DNA of 64,000 nucleotides from a virus, in the IMG/VR virus record IMGVR_UViG_3300031722_000008, positions 1-64,000 of that record; one strand, given 5' to 3'. A program made the translations under genes and the position numbers. Of this stretch, positions 41,224 to 51,345 are shown in pieces. The notes beneath the pieces were generated by a model. That model was given only the letters and a program-made list of their open reading frames with translations, was not told where the DNA came from and made no database searches. Each line of letters begins with the position of its first letter. Within the stretch, counting starts at the first letter, position 1.

Positions 41224-42018
41224 TTAATAGTTTAATGAATATCTTGCCTCATTTCTTATTCTATCTAAGTTTGGAGATACCTTATTTTGTGCGTGATTAA
41301 AGGCACCATTTTGATCCATCGCTACTCCAGTTAATCTTCCGAAACCTGCTCCAAGTCCTGCACCTAATCCTCCAGAAAGAACAACTTTCCCTAGTCTATT
41401 AGTTGTTCCTCCTGCCAATCCTAATCCTAATCCTGCTAATGCTCCAACTCCAGTTCCAATCTTAAGACCTGTCTTTTTTGCAGTTAAACTATCATATTTA
41501 TTTTGATATTCTTTAGAGCTGTAGACATTACTTATTGATGAATCTAACTCTTTATATTTATTTAAAGTATCTTCACTAACCCTTTTATTAGTCTTATGAG
41601 CAACTAATACTTTCATAATATCTTCATTCATACCATTAACTAAAGCTGATTGTATATCATTTCTGATATGAGGTTTCAGATCATCTTGAAGAGAATTTGG
41701 TAGTCTCCTATACCAAATAGAATTAGTTACATCACTCAAATGTTTATCGGTCTTTTCGCGTATAGATAAGGCTTCATTATTAGTCTTTTGGTGTTTTGCT
41801 TCGTTGCTTCTCGTCGGAGTGCTCGTCGCATATCTCGTCGCACTCCTTGTATGTTGATTAATATCGTTCTTATATTGTTCTTTAGTCTTTTTGAACTGAC
41901 CACTTCTAAATCCACTATCTGCTGATTGATTGGAATTACCTCCAAAATCTCCGCTTCTGTATTCGCCAGTTACTGCCTCTTTTTCAATTTGTTCTTTGTA
42001 ATTCATATTACAATACAC
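41224..42018 (-). CDS. EKEA-tagged protein with C-terminal glycine zipper
   Basis: MNYKEQIEKEA...GTGVGALAGLGLGLAG...GGLGAGLGAGFG. Confidence 0.75.
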   Translation of the reverse strand: MYCNMNYKEQIEKEAVTGEYRSGDFGGNSNQSADSGFRSGQFKKTKEQYKNDINQHTRSATRYATSTPTRSNEAKHQKTNNEALSIREKTDKHLSDVTNSIWYRRLPNSLQDDLKPHIRNDIQSALVNGMNEDIMKVLVAHKTNKRVSEDTLNKYKELDSSISNVYSSKEYQNKYDSLTAKKTGLKIGTGVGALAGLGLGLAGGTTNRLGKVVLSGGLGAGLGAGFGRLTGVAMDQNGAFNHAQNKVSPNLDRIRNEARYSLNY

Positions 42019-43591
42019 CTTCCTCTTCGCCCATATTCGTTTTAAAAATTTTTGAACTTAAGTCATTAAACTTATCTCTTGCAGGCTGTAACTTATTTGA
42101 AATTGCCCTAATCTTATTCTTGGTATCACTTGCTATCATTGATGCCCTTGGCTTTGCAACCTGTAGTCCGTTTCTTATTCCTTCTTTAGCAATATCCAAA
42201 TCTCTTTGTGACATCGCTAAAAGTGGAAAGGGTGCATCAAAAAGAGTATCGAAAGCATTGTCCTTAACTATTTTAGTTACTTTTTGAACAACTGGAGATT
42301 CTCTTAATTTTTTTCCATACATTTTTCCTCCAGCAAATATTGCTTGTTTTTCTATTTCCTCTATATAGTATTCCTTAGATTTCTTCTCAAAGTTAGAAGA
42401 TTTTTTTCCTTTAAGCTGATTCATAATATGGCTTTCTGATACTTTAAATAGTTTTAATCCATATTCCTTTGCCATATCCTTAAAACTATTAAATTGTTCT
42501 TCAAAGACTATGTGTATATCTTTATTTGTAGTTATGCTCTCAATATCATTCTTATATCTTAGAGGCTTAAAATCACCTTTTATTTTGTACATCGAACAAG
42601 GTTTGTTTATATCTACATCACTAGTATATTTTAATACTGTGCCTGTGTAGTTGCTTTCCGTAGGAACTTTACTATCCTTAGTCAGTACATTGAATCTAGC
42701 AGTACCATCATTCCACTTTAATCCAAAAGCAGCAGAGAAAGAAGGATATTTAGACGCGAATAAAACATCTCCTTTGTTGTTTCCTGATGTATCTTCTGAT
42801 AATCTAAATTTCTTTATTCCTTGAACTGGTGAAGCATGATAATAAACATTTTCTCCAGCTTCTTTTTCAATACTATTATCATTATCCTCGCTAGCTGTGC
42901 TTTTGATGAAAGAAAACTTTCCTATAGCACCTTTTAATGTTGGTGCAGTAGCACATGCTCTATGAGTGTAGCAGAAGTATATAGTTTCTCCACTAGGCAT
43001 AAATGCTTTCGATATACCTAATTCTCCATTATTATACCAAACCGCCTTACCCTCTCTTACTATTTTCTTTTCATCAGAAGTTAAAGGTATTTGATATTTT
43101 TTAAGATCTTTCATTTTGTATCTTTTCTCGGCTACTTTATCAAATCCACTAAGTATCTCATTTGCTTTTTGTTCAATAAGTTCTTCTATGCTTTTTTCTG
43201 CTCCACCTGTGTATTTACCATAATATACAGGAACTTCTTTGATTCCTTTAAATTCGCAAGCTTCCTTTCTATGATGTCCATCAAGCAAAATAGAATGACC
43301 TTTTGTTTGAGGGGTAATTCCTTGGAATTTATCTACCACCATGAAAGGATTAATATTTCCAGGCTTTATAGTTTCTGCAATATTAAACACCTTTTCTTTA
43401 TTTACAGGTTTATCGATACCTTGTAGTTTATCTATCTTCATCATTTTCTTTTGCCATTTATAATTCTTTACAAGTTTTATTGCACCATCTTCATTAGGTG
43501 TCTTGTATTCATGGGAAGTAGCAATCATATAAGCTACTTCTCTATCAATGGAACCTTTCAGAAATGCCCTATCTATCTTCTCTAATTTCAT
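42008..43591 (-). CDS. Multidomain KxA-punctuated protein: ParB/Srx-like domain, small domain, putative ADP-ribosyltransferase-like domain, tail
   Basis: ILLDGHHR (ParB-N); YYHASP...LFAS (ART-like); linkers EQKA/FDKVA, IEKEA, YYIEEIEKQA. Confidence 0.65.
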   Translation of the reverse strand: MKLEKIDRAFLKGSIDREVAYMIATSHEYKTPNEDGAIKLVKNYKWQKKMMKIDKLQGIDKPVNKEKVFNIAETIKPGNINPFMVVDKFQGITPQTKGHSILLDGHHRKEACEFKGIKEVPVYYGKYTGGAEKSIEELIEQKANEILSGFDKVAEKRYKMKDLKKYQIPLTSDEKKIVREGKAVWYNNGELGISKAFMPSGETIYFCYTHRACATAPTLKGAIGKFSFIKSTASEDNDNSIEKEAGENVYYHASPVQGIKKFRLSEDTSGNNKGDVLFASKYPSFSAAFGLKWNDGTARFNVLTKDSKVPTESNYTGTVLKYTSDVDINKPCSMYKIKGDFKPLRYKNDIESITTNKDIHIVFEEQFNSFKDMAKEYGLKLFKVSESHIMNQLKGKKSSNFEKKSKEYYIEEIEKQAIFAGGKMYGKKLRESPVVQKVTKIVKDNAFDTLFDAPFPLLAMSQRDLDIAKEGIRNGLQVAKPRASMIASDTKNKIRAISNKLQPARDKFNDLSSKIFKTNMGEEEGVL

Positions 43592-43611
43592 TGCGTTTCT
43601 CCTTTCATTTA

Positions 43612-44082
<471 letters not shown>

Positions 44083-44159
44083 TAATTTTCCTCCTATCAT
44101 ATAATTATCATAGGTTCATTATAACTTAATTTATTATTTTTTAAAAATAATAATAAATG

Positions 44160-44171
44160 GTATAAGATATT
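44160..44171 (+). promoter_or_regulatory. Variant promoter motif GTATAAGATATT
   Basis: First 12 of 15 bases match; upstream of ORF 44204. Confidence 0.7.
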
Positions 44172-44203
44172 TGTAAATAGAACAAATAATAAAAGAAGGA
44201 AGG

Positions 44204-44413
44204 ATGATTTACATGATAAACAAAATTAAGGAAAAAGTAGGGAAAGCAGGATTAATTGGAGGAGCAGCAATAGTAGTAGCAGGAATAGCAACAGGAGCAA
44301 TAACATTTATGGCAAGAAAAGACAAAAAGGATATAATAAACAAAATTAAAGAAAACAATGAAAAAGTTGAAGAGAAAGTTGAAAATGAAGAAGATCAATC
44401 AGAAACTAAATAA
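44204..44413 (+). CDS. Small single-pass membrane protein
   Basis: AGLIGGAAIVVAGIATGAITFMA; purine-rich. Confidence 0.75.
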   Translation: MIYMINKIKEKVGKAGLIGGAAIVVAGIATGAITFMARKDKKDIINKIKENNEKVEEKVENEEDQSETK

Positions 44414-44447
44414 AGAATAATTTGGAAGAAATATATTAAGAATAAAG

Positions 44448-44942
44448 ATGAAAATCTTTATTCTTTTTGTTCTCAAAAAAGAAAGGATGATATCGATGAT
44501 CAATAAAGAAAAATTAACAGTGTATGGTATACTAGGAGGATTAACAATTATATCAGGAACAATAGGTGGAGCATTAACTGCTGTTATAATGACAAAAAGC
44601 AATAGAGCAAATAAAAAGGCTATAGCAGTAAATGAAAATAAGAATGAAATATTTAAGAATGAGATCTATGAATCATTAAATAAATATAGTGCTGACTTCG
44701 AGAGCAGTATTGAAATACTAGCTAAGTCAAATGATGTAATAGAAGAATCTATCACTAGAGCGAAAGATACAATAACAAAAGTAGCAGAAGCTGAAAATAA
44801 AGCTACAGAAAATATATCCAATGAATTAAAGAAAATAACTAATGATTCTATCATTAAAATACAGCAAGAAGGAAATCGAATTTTCGCTGAAACAAATGAA
44901 CACTTTGAAAAAAATAAACAAAAATATTGGGAAGAAAAATAA
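44448..44942 (+). CDS. Membrane-anchored coiled-coil protein
   Basis: TM VYGILGGLTIISGTIGGALTAVIM; true start probably a downstream ATG. Confidence 0.7.
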   Translation: MKIFILFVLKKERMISMINKEKLTVYGILGGLTIISGTIGGALTAVIMTKSNRANKKAIAVNENKNEIFKNEIYESLNKYSADFESSIEILAKSNDVIEESITRAKDTITKVAEAENKATENISNELKKITNDSIIKIQQEGNRIFAETNEHFEKNKQKYWEEK

Positions 44943-44973
44943 ATAATAGCTGGGGTTCTGCCCCAGCTATTAT

Positions 44974-45654
44974 TTAATAGAAACTATTTATTTCATTTTT
45001 TCCTCTTTCAATATCATCATATAATCTACTTCTGTCATGATCAACATCATGAAGATCATCTCTTCTCTCTTGTGGCGCTTCTTTAGGCATTACACCACAC
45101 ATTGCTCCACATTGAGGGCATCTACCATCCTCACTATCAGGCTTTCCTGCATAGCCACATTGTTCACAATTAATATCACCCATATACCCCGAAAGCTTTA
45201 GTAGTGCTTGTTTCTCTATTTTATTTTTATAGTATTCTTTTTTTTCATCTTCTTCTGTTACGGAATTTACCATTCTTCTTTTCTCATCTTCATTTGGACT
45301 TTCTTGAACTTCCTTTTCCTCATCAGTCATCTTATTATCTTCGTCATGAGGAATTTCCATATCTGCTTTTTTGAATACCCCAAGAGCAGCAGAACCTAAT
45401 TTCTTAGCGGCACTAACACCTGGACCTGCTGCTAATCCACCAAGAGCTAATCCACCCATAACTCCACCAGCTATATTTCCAGCCTTTTCATCCGGAGAAG
45501 CACCAGGATTAGCTTCATTAGCTGATACACCCTTCATTGAGCCGATTCCAGCCCCAAGCAATGCTCCGCCAGTTGTTCTACCTAGAAATTTACCTACTTG
45601 AGCAAATCCAGCAGTTTTAAGTATTTCTTCACTTAAATTATTTATTTCATTCAT
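44974..45654 (-). CDS. KxA-punctuated protein: glycine zipper, acidic linker, zinc ribbon
   Basis: ILKTA, FKKA, YYKNKIEKQA; CEQC...CPQC. Confidence 0.75.
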   Translation of the reverse strand: MNEINNLSEEILKTAGFAQVGKFLGRTTGGALLGAGIGSMKGVSANEANPGASPDEKAGNIAGGVMGGLALGGLAAGPGVSAAKKLGSAALGVFKKADMEIPHDEDNKMTDEEKEVQESPNEDEKRRMVNSVTEEDEKKEYYKNKIEKQALLKLSGYMGDINCEQCGYAGKPDSEDGRCPQCGAMCGVMPKEAPQERRDDLHDVDHDRSRLYDDIERGKNEINSFY

Positions 45655-45723
45655 AACAATCGAACCTCCTTTATTAGTATAATTATATGATAAAAATAAT
45701 TCTTTGGAAAGGAAAGTGATTAT

Positions 45724-46236
45724 ATGTCAAGAATATCATTCTCTAGATGGGCTATGAATATAGCTGAGGAAACAAAAAGAAGAAGTACTTGTTGTTCCAG
45801 AAAAGTAGGTGCAATAATAGTAAAAGATAAAAACCTTATATCTACAGGATATAATGGCGCACCAAGTGGAGCAACTCACTGTACAGATATTGGTTACTGC
45901 AAAAGGAGAGAGATGGGATTTAAGTCAGGGGAGGGATTGGAGTTTTGTAGAGCTGGTCATGCTGAATCAAATGCAATAGATCAATGTGCAAAACATGGAA
46001 ATAGTTGTGATGGAGCAACTATGTATGTTACTACGCAACCATGTGTGTTTTGCACAATAAGACTCATTCAGGCAGGAATAAAAAAGGTTATATTTAAAGG
46101 AGAATATCCAACCAAACTAGCAAAGGAATTAGCTGATGAAAGTGGATTGGAATTTATTAAATATGGGGAGGACGTTTCGTACGAATTTTTGCCAGCTGAT
46201 AAAAATGCAGTAGTCCATCCTCTTAAGATTGATTAA
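45724..46236 (+). CDS. dCMP deaminase
   Basis: RSTC..RKVGA, TGYNG, HAESNAI, PCVFC. Confidence 0.93.
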   Translation: MSRISFSRWAMNIAEETKRRSTCCSRKVGAIIVKDKNLISTGYNGAPSGATHCTDIGYCKRREMGFKSGEGLEFCRAGHAESNAIDQCAKHGNSCDGATMYVTTQPCVFCTIRLIQAGIKKVIFKGEYPTKLAKELADESGLEFIKYGEDVSYEFLPADKNAVVHPLKID

Positions 46237-46261
46237 AACTTAATCAATCCACTATAAAATG

Positions 46262-46276
46262 GTATAAGATATTAAA
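46262..46276 (+). promoter_or_regulatory. GTATAAGATATTAAA motif
   Basis: Exact copy directly upstream of a tRNA-like element. Confidence 0.8.
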
Positions 46277-46286
46277 GAGAAAGAAA

Positions 46287-46353
46287 TAAATTATAGCTCA
46301 GTTGGTTAGAGCGGTCTATATGACATGTCGTAGGTTCAAGTCCTACTGATTTA
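46287..46353 (+). ncRNA. tRNA-like element with a shrunken anticodon arm
   Basis: Acceptor taaatta/tgattta, D arm gctc-agttggtta-gagc, mini arm gtc-tatat-gac, T arm gtagg-ttcaagt-cctac; no CCA. Confidence 0.75.
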
Positions 46354-46424
46354 TTTTTCTTTAATTTTTTATAGATTGGAGGTATACTAAATGAAAGATT
46401 AAAATTATGGGGGTATGAATAACT

Positions 46425-47042
46425 ATGAATACAAACATGGAAGTAATACTAAGAGAGCTAAGAAAAATGTTTATCGAATTTAATATCAAATATTTTGATG
46501 GGCAACTAAAAGAACCTATGATTGTGGTTCAAACTCATGGACAAAAGAAAAGTACATTAGGTTGGTGTTCAGTTCATCAGATATGGAGTGGAGAAAACGA
46601 GGACGAAAAAGAGTATGAAATTACAATGTGTGCAGAATACTTAAACAGAACCTTTCATGAACTTTGCGGAACAATGCAACATGAGATGGTTCATCTCTAT
46701 AATATTTATAACAATATCCAAGACGTCAATGCTAATGGAAAAACACATAATACAAAATTCAGAGATGCAGCAGAATCAAGAGGATTACACATAGAAAGAG
46801 CAGATAAAATTGGTTGGTCAGTAACAACACTAACTGATTCTATGCGAGAGTTTGTTGATTCTTTGGATATTGATAAGTCGGTGTTTTCATGGAAAAGAAC
46901 TAATTTTGTTGCTCCGAAGAAAACTAGAAAGCCATCGACTAAACTCAAATACGTGTGTCCTGATTGTGGAGCAAGCTTTGAGAGTAAAAAAGAAATCAAG
47001 GCTATATGTACAGATTGTGATACAATATTTAATCAAGCATAA
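46425..47042 (+). CDS. SprT-like zinc metalloprotease with C-terminal Zn ribbon
   Basis: FN..YF.G.L, HEMVH, H...F, CPDC..CTDC. Confidence 0.85.
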   Translation: MNTNMEVILRELRKMFIEFNIKYFDGQLKEPMIVVQTHGQKKSTLGWCSVHQIWSGENEDEKEYEITMCAEYLNRTFHELCGTMQHEMVHLYNIYNNIQDVNANGKTHNTKFRDAAESRGLHIERADKIGWSVTTLTDSMREFVDSLDIDKSVFSWKRTNFVAPKKTRKPSTKLKYVCPDCGASFESKKEIKAICTDCDTIFNQA

Positions 47043-47100
47043 TTAAAACAGTCATCAGAAATTGATGACTGTTTTTTATTTGAAAGGAATGAGATAATTC

Positions 47101-47721
47101 ATGAAGATAACAAAAAATACAATGCAAGAAAGTTTAGATAAAGCCCTAGAAATATTTTCGAAAAACGTAATAAAACCTAACTGTTCAGTCATAATAAAAT
47201 ATATCAATGACGAAGATTTCATAGCAAGTGCAAAGGATACACAATTCAATTCTATGCTAATTAATTCTAAATTCTACGAAGATTTCGATAAGGAATATAA
47301 AAGTTTTGCAGCAGTCTATCCGATGGACAAAACTCAAATAATTAAACTTATGGGATTACCTTATCGAATATCAATATCTTTAGACAGAGCCAAAAGAGTG
47401 CTTTCTAAAGAAAGCACTAAAAATACAAAGGAATATCTTTTACATGTTTTCTTCCATGAATTAACACATTTATTTGAGGACGAAATAAAAGATAAATACA
47501 GTGAATGCTATGATATAATTTCAAACAAATATAATAGTGAAAATCATATAAATGAAATGCTTGCAGAAACATTTTCTTATAAATATACTGACCATGTACG
47601 TTGCGATGAAATGGAGAAGAGATTGAATTACAAATTATATAAAAGGCTTAATAATCAGAGAATAAATATAGTGCATCATGATGATGAGAAAGAAATGACG
47701 GAATACATGAAATATATTTAA
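47101..47721 (+). CDS. HEXXH metallopeptidase-like protein
   Basis: FFHELTH...EMLAE. Confidence 0.6.
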   Translation: MKITKNTMQESLDKALEIFSKNVIKPNCSVIIKYINDEDFIASAKDTQFNSMLINSKFYEDFDKEYKSFAAVYPMDKTQIIKLMGLPYRISISLDRAKRVLSKESTKNTKEYLLHVFFHELTHLFEDEIKDKYSECYDIISNKYNSENHINEMLAETFSYKYTDHVRCDEMEKRLNYKLYKRLNNQRINIVHHDDEKEMTEYMKYI

Positions 47722-48029
47722 TTAATTTCAATGTTCCATCTAGCCTCAAAAGGCTTCTTTGTTTCTTTGATACCTTTTATATTTTTTGTTTTGAATCTCC
47801 TAATTTCATTTTTTGTAGTATCGAACCCCCAAAAATCATCACCTGAAAGTTTGTAGGGTTCAACCAATCTTTTTGTTTTAGTACCTTTTTTGTCTTTGTA
47901 AGATATCTCTAAGAGATTTTTATTGAGACCACAATTTTTAATTTTGTTGATTCTTTTATCATTCATAGTTAATTCTTGTGCCTGTTTTTCAATATAATCC
48001 TTATATTTATTTCTAAGATGAATATTCAT
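47718..48029 (-). CDS. Stand-alone WYL-domain protein with N-terminal EKQA tag
   Basis: YKDYIEKQA then EISYKDKKG..TKRLVEPYKL...FWGFD..KNEIRRFK..NI. Confidence 0.75.
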   Translation of the reverse strand: MNIHLRNKYKDYIEKQAQELTMNDKRINKIKNCGLNKNLLEISYKDKKGTKTKRLVEPYKLSGDDFWGFDTTKNEIRRFKTKNIKGIKETKKPFEARWNIEIN

Positions 48030-48098
48030 TAATATCAACTCCTTGATTCTTATTTTAATCAAGGAGTTGATTAGTATCAATAAGAAAGAGGGAGATTT

Positions 48099-48437
48099 AT
48101 GAAAATAATTAATTTAGTAGCACATAATATAAATGTATTAAACAAAGATGGCAAAGAAATAATAATTCCTCCTAGTGGGAAAATAGTAAGAGTAGAATTT
48201 GTTCAAGAAGAAATTAATAATGTAGATAATTTTTCTATCTTTAAGAAAAGTTATAACAATGTAAAGTTTCCTATTGATATAGAAAGTGATAAATTCTACA
48301 TCGTCAGTAGAGAGGTGCTTAAAGCTCTACAAGAGCAAGATTATCCTATGGTTAATAACTTTATGTCTCCGAACACAACGAAGGCTAAGAAAGACGAGAA
48401 TGGGGTTATTTTAAACGTTAGGGGCTTTACTGTATAA
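48099..48437 (+). CDS. Hypothetical phage protein
   Basis: MKIINL..H.I...IPPSG; RBS. Confidence 0.75.
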   Translation: MKIINLVAHNINVLNKDGKEIIIPPSGKIVRVEFVQEEINNVDNFSIFKKSYNNVKFPIDIESDKFYIVSREVLKALQEQDYPMVNNFMSPNTTKAKKDENGVILNVRGFTV

Positions 48438-48446
48438 GATATTAAA
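48432..48446 (+). promoter_or_regulatory. GTATAAGATATTAAA motif
   Basis: Exact copy overlapping the upstream stop codon. Confidence 0.8.
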
Positions 48447-48459
48447 AAGAAGAAAGAGA

Positions 48460-48867
48460 GTGATAGTAATGAAAATGACAGAAAATAACAAAAACAAAAA
48501 AATATTAAAGGGATTAATTAAAGAGTACAAATCAATGACAAAAAAATATGAAAAGGAGAGATTTGCTCATCCAGGATTAAAAAATGATATAAATCAATTA
48601 GGAAATGATATATTGGAATTAAATTCAAAAATAAAACATAACAGTATTATTGTAAATATAGAAAAAAGAAAAACAATTAAAGAGTGTGACAAGAAGATAG
48701 ACAATATGGTATTGGATTACAAAGCAATGAATAAATCATTAGATAAGTATGAAAAAGAAGGTAGTGAATTTAGTAAGAAAAAAGCAGATAAGTTAAAAAT
48801 TAAAATTAAGAAAATAGAAAAAGATATTTTAAGAATAAATGAAGAAAAAGAATTAGCAGCAAAATAA
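48460..48867 (+). CDS. Lys-rich coiled-coil protein
   Basis: Purine-rich ORF behind the motif. Confidence 0.7.
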   Translation: MIVMKMTENNKNKKILKGLIKEYKSMTKKYEKERFAHPGLKNDINQLGNDILELNSKIKHNSIIVNIEKRKTIKECDKKIDNMVLDYKAMNKSLDKYEKEGSEFSKKKADKLKIKIKKIEKDILRINEEKELAAK

Positions 48868-48923
48868 ATTAGGGGAACAGCAATGTTCCTTATTTTTTGC
48901 TTTAATATGAGGGGGAGATTAAA

Positions 48924-49349
48924 ATGTCAAAATATATTTATCAAACAGTTCAAGAAAATGAATATCTAGATGTATATAGGATAACTGAGGGAGTACTCTT
49001 AAAAGTTTACAAAGTTAGAGCAATAGAAGGAGTTTATTTTATTGACATAAATAAGAGAAAAATGGAGAAGATATCTAAAGATATATATAAGCTCAAAGAA
49101 AAGAACAGTGTCTACGGAACTATTCTAGAAGCTGGAACTATAGTACTTGAAAATGTACCAGTAAAAATAACGGAATTAAAGAATTATAGATATGAAATAA
49201 AAACAACAGGAAACTCATTAGGAGGCTCTGCAATTAATTTCTCTAGGTACTTAGATACAATTAATCATCTAATAAATAAAACTCAAAATCCGAGCCAATA
49301 TGAATGGGAGAATGGAAATCCTGAATACATGCAGGGAGGACAAAAATGA
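48924..49349 (+). CDS. Hypothetical protein
   Basis: RBS GGGGGAG. Confidence 0.7.
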   Translation: MSKYIYQTVQENEYLDVYRITEGVLLKVYKVRAIEGVYFIDINKRKMEKISKDIYKLKEKNSVYGTILEAGTIVLENVPVKITELKNYRYEIKTTGNSLGGSAINFSRYLDTINHLINKTQNPSQYEWENGNPEYMQGGQK

Positions 49350-49606
49350 AGAAAGTTATCATAATAGGCGTTGCAAGTGTAGGCTTCGAGGGGAGAGCTT
49401 TTTTACTTGAAGCTATAGCGAATGGGGAACTTGTAATTCCGGCTGAGAAACCTGTAAAGAAAGAGGATATGATACTTAACACTATGGATAGATTTGAAGT
49501 AATGGATGATTTTGATTTTAAGAAGATAGGTAACGAGGTAGGCAAGGCTAACAAGAAAGGTAAGTCAATTAAAAATTGGAATAAGAATAAATTTTGGCAA
49601 GGGTGA
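49346..49606 (+). CDS. Hypothetical protein
   Basis: ATGA overlap with the upstream gene; RBS. Confidence 0.65.
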   Translation: MKKVIIIGVASVGFEGRAFLLEAIANGELVIPAEKPVKKEDMILNTMDRFEVMDDFDFKKIGNEVGKANKKGKSIKNWNKNKFWQG

Positions 49607-49607
49607 T

Positions 49608-49928
49608 ATGATGGCAGTGTGTAATAATTTTTTTGATGGAATGAGAATAGCTAATTTTGGAAACATTTCATTACATGGATTAGAGGTAATAGAAAACGTA
49701 CAACTTACTGATGGATTCTTAGAATACCCATCTAAAAGAAATAAGAACAAAAGGATACAAAAGAAATGGATCAAGAAATATGGATATAAACGCAAGCCAA
49801 TCCCAAATAAAAATATCTATATTTTTGAGAATAAGATATTGATGGCACATCCAGCAATTATTAAGAAAATGATGAAAGGAATGAATAAGGTTGAGAAAAG
49901 TACAGGAATCAATAACAAAAATATTTAA
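49608..49928 (+). CDS. Hypothetical protein
   Basis: KRIQKKWIKKYG basic motif; operon packing. Confidence 0.65.
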   Translation: MMAVCNNFFDGMRIANFGNISLHGLEVIENVQLTDGFLEYPSKRNKNKRIQKKWIKKYGYKRKPIPNKNIYIFENKILMAHPAIIKKMMKGMNKVEKSTGINNKNI

Positions 49929-50232
49929 AGATTTTAAGTCCTTAAATAATCTTGATTTAAATAGTGAAAGGCACGAAGTAATAGAAGTATTGAATTTATT
50001 GGAAAAAGATATATCAAAAACAAAGGAAATGATAAATAATCAAGAAGGAGATTTTAAGCAATATTTAGAGTGCATGGCTTGCGGACACAAAAGCGTTCCA
50101 ATTAAGAGTGATTGTTTTGTTCTTCAGATGAGTAAATGTGAAGATTGCAATATAGAATTTTCTGTTAGGATGTTTAAAAGTGGTAGATTTAGAATGAGGA
50201 ATATGGGGGTAAAAAATGAGCGAAGTTCGTGA
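49891..50232 (+). CDS. Hypothetical protein with zinc ribbon
   Basis: CMACG...CEDC. Confidence 0.6.
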   Translation: MRKVQESITKIFKDFKSLNNLDLNSERHEVIEVLNLLEKDISKTKEMINNQEGDFKQYLECMACGHKSVPIKSDCFVLQMSKCEDCNIEFSVRMFKSGRFRMRNMGVKNERSS

Positions 50233-50431
50233 ATCATTAGAAAAGAAAAAGAATAAAAAGGTTCTATTGGATAGAGAAATCATAAATACAATGCTTAGAG
50301 CTATCACTAAAGATGAAGATGTAGTAAGGAGATGGAACAACAAATGCAGATCAATTAAACAAAAACAGAAATCTATAAGGCGAATTGATAGACATATTCG
50401 TAGATTGGAAAAACTAGCAAAACCATTTTAG
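50216..50431 (+). CDS. Small basic protein
   Basis: RBS GGGGG; operon packing. Confidence 0.6.
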   Translation: MSEVRESLEKKKNKKVLLDREIINTMLRAITKDEDVVRRWNNKCRSIKQKQKSIRRIDRHIRRLEKLAKPF

Positions 50432-50443
50432 GGAGGAATTAAT

Positions 50444-50614
50444 ATGTCTGATAACAAGAAAAATCCTATCATTGGAGAAACTATCAGTGATGTCCATTAT
50501 GGCAATCCTATGATTATAGAATTTGAGAGTGGAGATAAAATAGAAATGGAATTTTGCAGAGTAGATGGAGAAAACACTGCTCTTACGAAATATATAAAAA
50601 AAGAAAATAAATAA
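50444..50614 (+). CDS. Small hypothetical protein (56 aa)
   Basis: Manual ORF after GGGAGG: MSDNKKNPIIGETISDVHYGNPMIIEFESGDK... Confidence 0.6.
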   Translation: MSDNKKNPIIGETISDVHYGNPMIIEFESGDKIEMEFCRVDGENTALTKYIKKENK

Positions 50615-50650
50615 AATAATAGCGTGGCGATAAGCCACGCTATTATTTTT
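50614..50650. terminator. Bidirectional terminator ending the + operon and the - RNA array
   Basis: aataatagcgtggc-gataa-gccacgctattatt. Confidence 0.85.
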
Positions 50651-50933
50651 CGAGGTGCTACTTCATAAAATCCCTCACATAATCGATATAGTTTCAGTTT
50701 ACCATGCAGATTGTTATCTGACAAAGATATCAATTATTTTTACTTGTGGGCTGCAACGGCCACAAGCGAAGTCTTTTTTGTAGGGTTCGAACCCACTAAA
50801 CAGTATCATTCTTCACTATACAAATGCACCGTTTTTTCGCCGAGGTCAAGGATTAGAAGTCCTAGCCTATACCGGAGAGAACTAAAGCAAAAGTACACGA
50901 ATGCTGATATGAGAAACCCACTGTTTCTGCCAC

Positions 50934-51009
50934 TGGCCAAGGGAGCAAGGTTCGAACTTGCGCATACATATTCTAAGAATACAGCTCTACCACATTAAGC
51001 TATCCCCTG
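50934..51009 (-). ncRNA. tRNA-like gene with non-canonical anticodon arm (5-nt loop CUUAG), CCA end
   Basis: Intact acceptor, D arm and T arm gcaag-ttcgaac-cttgc; anticodon arm gtatt-cttag-aatat. Confidence 0.7.
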
Positions 51010-51127
51010 AAAATCTTTTTTGGTATCCATTGCGGTATTTCCGCTAGTCCAATACCTGTATGATAAATCATACTAAATGTCACGATTTGAGCATGTCGTG
51101 AAATGACAGAGGCTTGTGAGGCTCTTT

Positions 51128-51222
51128 TGGCGGAGCGACAGAGATTCGAACTCTGGCATCGGTGACTAACCGACCTAGCAGTTTTCAAGACTGCCCCCTT
51201 ATAGCCACTTGGGTATCGCTCC
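51128..51222 (-). tRNA. tRNA-Ser(TGA)
   Basis: gcagt-ct-TGA-aa-actgc, long variable arm, GCCA end. Confidence 0.93.
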
Positions 51223-51229
51223 ATATGTA

Positions 51230-51345
51230 CGACCAGTGAGGGATTTGAACCGCCTACTCAAATTTAAATCTTTAAATAACCCAATCCGGAAAAGTTAAGT
51301 TAGTGTTTTAAATCGTGCTTTAACCAAACATAAGCTACACTGGGC
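51230..51345 (-). ncRNA. tRNA-like RNA with a greatly elongated anticodon arm
   Basis: ccagtg/cactgg acceptor, D arm gctt..ggtt.aagc, GGTTCAAATCC T loop; ~55-nt hairpin in place of the anticodon arm. Confidence 0.65.
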
